Part shown: piece after piece, positions 1 through 8,127 of the stretch
Numbering within the stretch: position 1 is the first letter of the stretch
Layout: each line of letters begins with the position of its first letter
Source of the DNA: Candidatus Woesebacteria bacterium GW2011_GWB1_38_8b
GTDB lineage: Bacteria > Patescibacteriota > Microgenomatia > UBA8517
Direction of reading: 5' to 3'
Assembly (NCBI GenBank): GCA_000993115.1
Contig: LBVN01000007.1
Coordinates: 3,587-67,586 of the forward strand
Length of the DNA stretch: 64,000 nucleotides
The notes under the pieces: model-generated
What the model was told of the DNA's origin: nothing
What the model saw: only the letters and a program-made list of their open reading frames with translations
The model's database searches: none
Translations under genes and position numbers: made by a program

Positions 1-906
1 CTTTTTCGCTTTTTCCAAATCGTAATCATATGATTTTATTTGAGGATTATAAGCCCATGAATTTGGTTGAATCGGGCTATATGCACGTTTTCCTAAAACC
101 TCTTTGTTAATCGCGTATGCAAGTGCCTGACGTAATTCTTTTTCTGAAAGAAGCGGGCTTTTGGTATTATAAAAAAGCGTAACAACCTGCTTTTGCTGTG
201 CATAGCTCTCAAGCTTAACTTGTCTCCACTTATCAAAAGGAGTTGGATCTAATAAATTCTCAATAATATCTACAGTTCCCAATTTAAAGGCTGTTTTTGT
301 GCTTTCGGTAGTCGGGAAAAACCTGTAAATATTTTTTTGCTTTTTATTTTTAAGAACTAATTCTTGGACGTAAGCTCCTGAAAGTGTTAATTTATCAACT
401 TTCCATTCCGTGACACCAACTAAACCCTTTTTGAAAGTTGGTTTTGAGACTACGGAAGGAAAAGGTGCAAAGTTATTTTCTATTATAAATTTTATAGTTT
501 TATCATCAGGTGTTTCAATCTTTACATCAGAAAATTCATACATTAAATTCCTGCTAGTAATTGGGGTATTATCCTGCCAGGTTAATCCGTCCTTAATCTT
601 AAAAACCCAAGTTTTTCCGTTATCTGTAGTTTCCCAAGATGAAGCAATACCCGGCTCGGGTATATTTTGGTTATTTATATTGGTTAAGCCGTAACTCATG
701 TTAAGAAGTATTTCGGAAGGTAGTGAATCCGGGTGAAACCGCCCCGTTATTCCTATGATTTGTTGTTTTTGTAATTCAAATTTTGAAAACAAATTGAAAA
801 ACAAAAAGAAGAATAAAACACCAAATGAAATACTTAAAAAAAGCAGTAATCTGAACTTTAATAAAAACGCTCTGGATAAACGCAGATAATAACGGGTACT
901 TCGCAT
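1..906 (-). CDS. ABC transporter substrate-binding protein family 5 (OppA/DppA-like), runs off the window
   Basis: Manual translation from ATG at 906: N-terminal TM segment, then GLTNIN..PEPGIASSWETTDNGKTWVFKIKDGLTWQDNTPITS, the SBP_bac_5 N-terminal signature. Confidence 0.8.
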   Translation of the reverse strand, partial: MRSTRYYLRLSRAFLLKFRLLLFLSISFGVLFFFLFFNLFSKFELQKQQIIGITGRFHPDSLPSEILLNMSYGLTNINNQNIPEPGIASSWETTDNGKTWVFKIKDGLTWQDNTPITSRNLMYEFSDVKIETPDDKTIKFIIENNFAPFPSVVSKPTFKKGLVGVTEWKVDKLTLSGAYVQELVLKNKKQKNIYRFFPTTESTKTAFKLGTVDIIENLLDPTPFDKWRQVKLESYAQQKQVVTLFYNTKSPLLSEKELRQALAYAINKEVLGKRAYSPIQPNSWAYNPQIKSYDYDLEKAKK

Positions 907-912
907 TGTATT

Positions 913-1119
913 TTAAACAAAAAGAAGAGAGATAGATATAATTATAAAAAAGATAACGAGTACGAAACTGAGTTTAAATACAATTTGTTCAAGTCCCCTG
1001 CGTGTAAATGAAGCTCCGGATAAACTTCTTCCGAAACCGGTTCCTTTCGATTGTATTAATATAAAAACTACAATCGAAGCTGAAACTAAAATTTGTGTAA
1101 ACAAAAGTATTTCTTTCAT
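913..1119 (-). CDS. secG: Preprotein translocase subunit SecG
   Basis: 68 aa, two TMs around ILIQSKGTGFG...FTRRGLE motif. Confidence 0.9.
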   Translation of the reverse strand: MKEILLFTQILVSASIVVFILIQSKGTGFGRSLSGASFTRRGLEQIVFKLSFVLVIFFIIISISLLFV

Positions 1120-1147
1120 CGCACCTGTTATTATAGCAAACTCAAAA

Positions 1148-1259
1148 CAAAATGACAGATTTACTTCTTTACATTTTGAGATTGATATAAAGTTCCAAGT
1201 TCACCTTGGTAGGAATTCTATGCTTGCCAAACAAAATGTCAAAAACTAACATTTTGTTT
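1148..1259 (-). promoter_or_regulatory. Two CAAAATG(T/A)...ACATTTTG inverted repeats upstream of secG
   Basis: 1148-1178 (15-nt spacer) and 1229-1259 (11-bp arms, 9-nt loop); same motif upstream of eno and of the 31921 gene. Confidence 0.5.
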
Positions 1260-1314
1260 TAATATGACTATATACTTTAAAATAATCTAAATTGCATGGA
1301 TTTTTAGTATCGAA

Positions 1315-1716
1315 TTACTTTGTGAGCCAATAAAAGAATGAGGTTATGAGCGAAATAATAAAAGAAAATCCAACGTACGCATAAAACCCCGGTAGATTAA
1401 TTTGAGGGATGTCTATCCAAACGTTGTTAAAACCGGAGAATAAAAATCCGGTAACCCGAAAATCTTTAATTATAAGAGTTACTATAAATAGAACTATTGC
1501 CGAAGACACCCAGCGAAAAAGACCAAATGTAACCAAGTTTAGCGGGAGAAGCAAAATATTTATGACTGGTTTCGCGAGAAGTGAAACCAAAGCCATTACA
1601 ATACCTGTGAGAAACAAGGTTTTGTAATTATTCCCGAAAACCATACCGGTTGCCAGCTTTGATGCGATATATATTGCAAACGTATCAATTACGAAGTGTC
1701 GTAAAAGGCCTTTCAT
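1315..1716 (-). CDS. 4-TM membrane protein, phage holin superfamily IV / YvlD-like
   Basis: KPVINILLLPLNLVTFGLFRWV signature; true start probably MKGLL at 1716, since the longer ORF only reads through the inserted element. Confidence 0.8.
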   Translation of the reverse strand: MKGLLRHFVIDTFAIYIASKLATGMVFGNNYKTLFLTGIVMALVSLLAKPVINILLLPLNLVTFGLFRWVSSAIVLFIVTLIIKDFRVTGFLFSGFNNVWIDIPQINLPGFYAYVGFSFIISLITSFFYWLTK

Positions 1717-1737
1717 ATATTTAATATAGCAAATTAT

Positions 1738-1866
1738 AACAGTTTCGAGAAAACCACGGGTGGTAGCCCTTGGATGAATCGAACCTGATATGTCATCCTC
1801 CTTTGGAGGTTTCGTTCGCAGGAAGCGAACTGGAAACCACGTCTGGAAGGACGTGGAGGATGTCAT
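1738..1866 (+). mobile_element. Miniature non-autonomous IS200/IS605-family element (PATE-like), full copy, 129 bp
   Basis: Preceded by TTAT; AAAA + hairpin CCACGGG-tggtag-CCCTTGG (left end); GAAA + hairpin CCACGTC-tggaag-GACGTGG + AGGATGTCAT (right end); 71 bp identical to the copy at 2023-2093. Confidence 0.8.
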
Positions 1867-1870
1867 TAGC

Positions 1871-3325
1871 TTATTTAATTATACCAACAAGATTCCGCTT
1901 TATTAAAATGTGATGGTAGCGTCGGGCAAATCTATGTGCTTCATTTCTTATTTTTTGTACAAAATTCAAAGCAGGACCTCTTTTTAGCTTCACTAAAACA
2001 TATTCACTCTGATTTTTTATATCAGTTTCGAGAAAACCACGGGTGGTAGCCCTTGGATGAATCGAACCTGATATGTCATCCTCCTTTGGAGGTAGCGTTC
2101 GCTGAATGCGAACGGACGGTGAGGATGTCATAAAAACAAGAGTTTCTTCGCGTTTCGCGATTCCGACAACAGGAATGTTGTGGCTTTTAAAGACACTGTT
2201 AAATTTTGAAACTTGACCTTTTCCCCCATCTACAATAATTAGATCAGGTCTCCCCCACTTAGTAAGATAACGGACCCTTCTTTTTGCAACTTCTAAAAGA
2301 GAGTCGGTATCGCTGTTTCCTTTTGTCTGTCTTATCCTAAAATGCCGGTAAAAACTTTTATCTGCAACTCCGTTTATAAAAGTAACCATTGAAGCGGTTG
2401 GAAAATTTCCTGAAATATGAGCGATATCATAACACTCGATTCTTTTAAGATTGTCAATTTTGTAATAAATATTTACTAACTTCTGAAGCCGGTTTATTTC
2501 GTTATCAATTATATCTTCAATTAAATTTGGATTCTCAAAATATCCGGATGGCGCTTCGTGTGAGTGGATAATATAGTTTATTGCATCAATTTTTTCTTTA
2601 TAAAACGAAGCGTTTTCAAAATCTTCTCTCTGAGATGTCTGTTTCATCTCTTTTTCAAACTCCAGCAGTAGATTATTAACCTTACCATTTAAAGCTTTTT
2701 TCAAATAATCAATATTTTTTTTATATTGCAATTCGAGTGTGTGTTTTTGTTTTTCATCAGTACATTTGGCTATATTACTTGGGCAAGGATTACAAAGTCC
2801 GATATGGGAGTAGAAGCATGGCCTGACATCTTGTTTGTGCACTGCATAGGGAAAAATTCTACGAAATGTTTTCAATACGATATGAACGTTTTTACCAGAT
2901 AAAAAAGGACCGTAAGTAATGCCTTTTATATTTCCCAAATCACTTTTTCTTGCTGTTTTGACCCAGGGATATTTATCTTTGACTATCACAATATATAACG
3001 GAGTTTTATCGTCTTTAAGTTGAATGTTATATTTTGGCATATATTTTTTAACCAAAAATGATTCCAAAAGGAGGGACTCAATTTCGGAATTGACAACAAT
3101 TATTCCGAAAGTTTTAGTGTTTCTAACAAGTTCAGTTGTTTTTGTTCCGAGATTTGTTCCTAAATAACTTTTCAGCCTGTTTTTTAAACTCCTGGATTTT
3201 CCGACGTACAAAACCAAACTATGGGAGTCATAAAACAAATAAATACCGGGAAGCTCAGGACACAAAGAGACGTTTTCGAGGTTAAATGATTTTTTCTTTA
3301 GAATGTTTTTTATAACTTCACTCAT
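1871..3325 (-). CDS. uvrC: Excinuclease ABC subunit C (no C-terminal HhH), carrying a 37-aa in-frame insert
   Basis: GIY-YIG (PGIYLF..LYVGKS..LKNRLKSY), UVR domain, RIECYDIAH, PDLIIVDGGKGQ, IRNEAHRFA. Confidence 0.95.
   Translation of the reverse strand: MSEVIKNILKKKSFNLENVSLCPELPGIYLFYDSHSLVLYVGKSRSLKNRLKSYLGTNLGTKTTELVRNTKTFGIIVVNSEIESLLLESFLVKKYMPKYNIQLKDDKTPLYIVIVKDKYPWVKTARKSDLGNIKGITYGPFLSGKNVHIVLKTFRRIFPYAVHKQDVRPCFYSHIGLCNPCPSNIAKCTDEKQKHTLELQYKKNIDYLKKALNGKVNNLLLEFEKEMKQTSQREDFENASFYKEKIDAINYIIHSHEAPSGYFENPNLIEDIIDNEINRLQKLVNIYYKIDNLKRIECYDIAHISGNFPTASMVTFINGVADKSFYRHFRIRQTKGNSDTDSLLEVAKRRVRYLTKWGRPDLIIVDGGKGQVSKFNSVFKSHNIPVVGIAKREETLVFMTSSPSVRIQRTLPPKEDDISGSIHPRATTRGFLETDIKNQSEYVLVKLKRGPALNFVQKIRNEAHRFARRYHHILIKRNLVGIIK
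2021..2131 (+). mobile_element. Second copy of the miniature IS200/IS605-type element, 111 bp, in frame inside uvrC
   Basis: Preceded by TTAT, ends TCAT, lacks 18 bp of the right-end hairpin; removal restores REETLVF-IKNQSEYVLVKL. Confidence 0.8.
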
Positions 3326-5133
3326 CGATGAAATTTTCGGTGCAGCGTAAAAAAGATACTTACAATTATAAATATTAATACAAGTAAAATTGCAATTTGG
3401 TTAATAATAGCGACTTCTTTTCCCGTATCAACCTCAATTGCCCTGTCACTACTTAAAATAAGGACTTTATCAGGAATATTTTTTGCAAGTAGTCCGTAAT
3501 TAAGTTTTACTTGCATTTCAAATATTTCATAAGGTATTAAGGAGGGTAAGAAAACATTATCATTTGGGTTTTTATCATTAGATTTAACATGTAAATCAAT
3601 ATTATATTCGGCTGAATACCCTTTATTTATTAAAGTAACTAATAATGTTTTTCGAAGAGGGTTATAGCTTTTTTTTATTTCAGCCTTGGTTTCTATGTTT
3701 GGAGCAATCGAATCAGGTAATTTTCCGTAACTGACAAAAACATCTTTTTTGGGAACGCTTGAAAATTTGTATGAGCCGGCAGGCAAAGGCTCCGAGTCAT
3801 TTACACCGTGAATGACAAATGCAAAATGGTTTAGATCAAATTTATTGAAATAGTCAAAGCCTGTTGTAGATTCCCAAGTTGGATCAACCGCAACCCAAGT
3901 TCTTCTGTCATTGTCCCAATACTCTGGCCATGCATGTAAAACATCCGAGACAAGCGACAACGGTTGTAGTTTATCATTTTCTGTGTAAGCATAACCCTGA
4001 ATTTCACGCACAGGAATTCCCGCTGCTCTGGTGATTGCAATAAACAAATCGGTAAATTCCGTACATAGGGCACTATTATACTGCTGGAGAGCTTTGACGG
4101 ATCCGAACCTTTCAGACTGAGGATTGACTCTGTTGAAATCATACTTAAGAGTTTTAACGACATATTTATATATTTCATCTACGGTTTTCAGCTCATTCGC
4201 TAAATCAGTAATTGCTTTATCATCAGTTTGCCAAAAACGCGTATCGCCTAAATTGTTTAAAATTGATTGAGGTGTGGGAAGTGTTAAAGATCTGGGGTCG
4301 GAAAATAATTGGACAAAACCGCTAACTACAACTGTTTTTTGCTCTAGTGGTTTTAATTTAAAAGATAAAAGCCAGTTGCCATCCTCGTCTTTTCTGGATT
4401 TAACGGGATCAGTCGAGAGTTTTGTCAGATAAACATTTTGGTACGGTGTATCGGGGGGAACGGCGATATCTAAATTTTGAGATTTTGTCGATTCGTTTTT
4501 TAGATTGTAATTAAGGTTAAATTCAAAAACCTGGAATTCTCCGAATGCAGCTTTTATTCCGCTATCGAAAGAATTCTGTCCTTTAAAAACAAATTCAATG
4601 TTTTCGCCATTTTCATTTCTCTCATATTTTGACGGCGTAACATAAGCGAGTGGACCCGTTGATGACGGAATAATAAGATGATTTTCAAAAACATCTATAT
4701 CGATAGAATTTAACTTTGGAATCGAGATTTCCAATATATTCCCCGTTTTTTTTGCAATATTTTCTTCTGTGAAATTAATTTGGAAATTACGTGTTTTCCC
4801 CTGGCCGTATAAATCATCCTCAAAAATTATTTTGACATAGTAAGAGTTTTGTTCCTCGGTCAGGTTAAATTTTAATTCTTTTCCGTTTTGGGTGACACTA
4901 AGATTTTTGGGTTTTAGGTAAGTAAAATTTACATGAAATTCTTTAGCCAGTATTTCGGACTTTAGATTTTCTATCGTGTAATCAAAAGTAACGTTTGCAG
5001 AAGCTTGGGTACTAACTTCATATTTGGCAACAAGTGTAGTTTTAAAATCGTCTTTTGCAATTATATTTTTTGGGAAAATTAGTAGTAATAAAAATGATAT
5101 TAGTGCAAATTTGATTATTTTTTTAAGTGACAT
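3322..5133 (-). CDS. Membrane-anchored exported transglutaminase-like domain protein
   Basis: Signal peptide, ALCTEFTDLFIAITRAAGIPVR / HAWPEY / VDPTW Cys-His-Asp triad, C-terminal TM. Confidence 0.85.
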   Translation of the reverse strand: MSLKKIIKFALISFLLLLIFPKNIIAKDDFKTTLVAKYEVSTQASANVTFDYTIENLKSEILAKEFHVNFTYLKPKNLSVTQNGKELKFNLTEEQNSYYVKIIFEDDLYGQGKTRNFQINFTEENIAKKTGNILEISIPKLNSIDIDVFENHLIIPSSTGPLAYVTPSKYERNENGENIEFVFKGQNSFDSGIKAAFGEFQVFEFNLNYNLKNESTKSQNLDIAVPPDTPYQNVYLTKLSTDPVKSRKDEDGNWLLSFKLKPLEQKTVVVSGFVQLFSDPRSLTLPTPQSILNNLGDTRFWQTDDKAITDLANELKTVDEIYKYVVKTLKYDFNRVNPQSERFGSVKALQQYNSALCTEFTDLFIAITRAAGIPVREIQGYAYTENDKLQPLSLVSDVLHAWPEYWDNDRRTWVAVDPTWESTTGFDYFNKFDLNHFAFVIHGVNDSEPLPAGSYKFSSVPKKDVFVSYGKLPDSIAPNIETKAEIKKSYNPLRKTLLVTLINKGYSAEYNIDLHVKSNDKNPNDNVFLPSLIPYEIFEMQVKLNYGLLAKNIPDKVLILSSDRAIEVDTGKEVAIINQIAILLVLIFIIVSIFFTLHRKFHR

Positions 5134-8033
5134 TAAGGTGTTTTTTTAAATACTGCCCCGTGTATGAGTTTTTCTCTTTAATTATATCCGAAACGGTTCC
5201 GGCTGCTACAACATTTCCACCGTTTTCCCCGCCTCCGGGACCAAGGTCAATAATCCAATCGGCATTTTTAACGACGTCTAAATTATGCTCTATTACAAAA
5301 ACACTGTTACCTCTTGATACCAAAACTTTAAGGACATAAAGAAGCTTTCGGATGTCGTCTAAGTGAAGTCCAGTAGTGGGTTCATCTAAGATGTAAACTG
5401 ATTTACCAGCCTCTCTTTTTGATAATTCCGAAGACAGCTTGATTCTTTGGGCTTCTCCTCCGGAAAGAGTCGTCGCGGATTGTCCAAGCTGCATATATCC
5501 AAGCCCGACTTCCTTTAAAGTTTCGAGTTTTTTATAAACAGGTACAAAACTATGGAAAAACTCAAGCGCTTCATCGACTGTAAGCGCCAGAACTTCGGCG
5601 ATATTCTTACCCCGATAAGATACTTCCAAAGTCTGTGAGTTATAACGCGTTCCTTTACAAACTTCGCATTTAACCCAAATGTCGCTCATAAACTGCATTT
5701 CAATTTTAGTTTCGCCCTGACCTTCACAGGCTTCACAGCGTCCCCCTTTTACGTTAAAAGAAAATCTTCCCTTCTTAAATCCAAGTGACCTTGCCTCTCT
5801 TGTTTCGGAATACAAATCGCGAATTAAATCAAAGACTTTAGTGTAAGTTGCGGGATTACTTCTAGGAGTCCTTCCGATAGGAGATTGGTCAATTAATATT
5901 ACTTTCTCGATGAATTCGTTCCCATACAGTTCATTATATTTTGACTGCGTAATTCTTGAATTTTTATTAATGGTTTTAAATAATGCAGGATAAAGAGATT
6001 CGACTAAAAGCGTAGATTTTCCTGAACCGGATACACCCGTAATAACAACATATTTTGAAAGAGGGAAGCTTACATCGATATTTTTTAGATTATACTGCGA
6101 GCAGCCTGTAAGCGTAATTGAAGAGGGAGGTAAAAAATCGGTTGTTAAATTTTGATTTTTGTTATTTTCTGCATTTTTTATTTTACCTACTTCAACCTTC
6201 TTTTTCCCCGACAGATATTGTCCCGTAAGTGATTTGGGGTCTTTTTCTATTTCAAGAGCTGTCCCTTGTGAAACAACTTCTCCGCCGTATTTTCCCGCAC
6301 CAGGCCCAAAATCAACAACGTGGTCAGCGTGGCGAATCATATCCTCATCGTGTTCAACTACTATAACCGTATTACCAAGTTCCTTTAACTTTTTTAAAGT
6401 GCTTATTAGTTTATCGTTATCTTTTTGATGAAGTCCTATGGTTGGCTCATCCAAAACGTACAATACACCTGTTAAACCCGAGCCTATTTGGCTTGCCAAT
6501 CTGATTCTTTGTGCTTCTCCTCCAGACAGCGTTCCTGAAGTTCTTGAAAGAGATAAATAATCAAGTCCGACTTCGATTAAAAACAAGAGTCTGTCATGAA
6601 TCTCTTTTAATATAAGTTTTCCGATTTCTTTTTCCCGCGAGTTAAGAATCGGTTTTTCTATAAGAGAATTAATCCAATCCAAAGTTTGTGATATTGAAAC
6701 GACAGTTATGTCGTGAATAGAGCGGTTTTCTACAGTAATTCCCAAGATTTCCTTTTTAAGTCGTGTCCCTGCACATGTGGGGCAAATTATTTCTTTCATG
6801 TATTTAAGAGTTATTTCGCGCACCATCTCCGAGCTTGTAGTAGCATAGCGCTCTTCCAATACATTCAGAATTCCCTTAAATGGTTCATAAATTTGAGTTT
6901 CCCTACCGAATCGGTTTGTACCGTGAACCTCATAAATCCGATCCCCCGTACCATTTAGAAGCAATTTTATTTTTTCATCGTCGAGTGTTTTTAAAGGTAC
7001 TCTTGTTTCAACTGAGTTTTCTTCGCAAAATGCCAAAATTAGCCTTGAAAACCAGGTTTCATGCTCAAACATATTTGAAAAAGGAAGAATTGCACCTTCT
7101 GTTATAGAAAGTTCCCATGAAAAAACGCTTTCTGGGTCGACTTTCAAAACATGACCGATACCCGAGCATTCGAAACAAGCTCCGTGGGGTGAATTAAAAG
7201 AAAAAGATCTCGGCTCTATTTCCGGAATTTGAACATTGTCTATCGGACAAGCAAATTTTTCACTGAATAAATGATCCTCAAATTCTTTCGGGGTTACGGG
7301 AATTTCTAAAGAATTATCTTTAATGTGAGAAATTATTGCCAGTCCGTCGGAAAGCTTAAGTGTTTGATCAAGCGTTTCGAGCAGTCTTGATTCCAGGTTT
7401 AACCTAAAAACTTCATTTTTAAAATCTTTTTTGGAAAGTGAAAATTTATCAATGACAACTTCAATTGAATGCTTATTGGTTTTTATTAAATACAAGTCTT
7501 CATTAAGCCCTCTAATCTGCCCGTCAACTCTTATTTGGGAATAACCTTTTGCTTTGAGATTAACTAGAAGCTGAGAAAACTCTCCTTTTTTATCTTTTAC
7601 AATCGGAGACAGAACCAAAAACCTAATCGTAGGATTTAAATTTAGCTCTTTTTCTATAAGTTTTACTACCGAGATCTTGATTTCGTCAACAGTTTGAGTT
7701 GAAATTTCACGACCGCAAACAGGACAGTGTGGATGCCCTATTCTTGCAAACAAAAGCCTTAAATAATCGTAGATTTCCGTCACGGTTCCGACAGTTGAAC
7801 GCGGATTTTTAGAAGTCGTTTTTTGATCGATAGAAATTGCCGGAGATAATCCTTCTATCGAATCAACATCTGGCTTTTCCATTATTCCCAAAAACTGTCT
7901 GGCATAAGTCGACAAGCTTTCTACATAGCGCCGTTGGCCTTCGGCATAAATAGTGTCGAATATCCAGATTAATGTTTTTTAAATTGTGCTGACGGGCACC
8001 TCTTATTTTTATTTGTTGATTTGCAATTTCCAT
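5123..8033 (-). CDS. uvrA: Excinuclease ABC subunit A; frameshifting deletion of the first Walker A region near 7960
   Basis: [25 protein letters not shown] from 8033, then [23 protein letters not shown] in another frame; two LSGGEAQRI signatures, Zn fingers. Confidence 0.93.
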
Positions 8034-8106
8034 TTTAGCGCATTAAAAACTAACCAGCGTTTCCCCTGGCGAAAATAATTATATCAGATAGATGAAGAAT
8101 TCAGAC

Positions 8107-8125
8107 TATACGAATTATACCCGAA
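8107..8125 (-). promoter_or_regulatory. Candidate LexA operator in the uvrA promoter
   Basis: TTCGGGTATAATTCGTATA directly after TTGACA; 15/19 identical to the site in the lexA promoter. Confidence 0.6.
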
Positions 8126-8127
8126 TG

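Noticed and set aside
1315..1716. Prophage suggested by the holin-family gene
   Set aside because: No other phage genes; this family is common in chromosomes.
1717..1866. N-terminal extension of the 183-aa ORF matching a piece of UvrC
   Set aside because: It is the antisense reading of the inserted element; the real start is probably 1716 (TATATT-N6-ATG).
1738..2131. CRISPR array or tRNA fragment (GGTTCGATTC on the minus strand)
   Set aside because: Only two long copies, no spacers or cas genes, and no cloverleaf.
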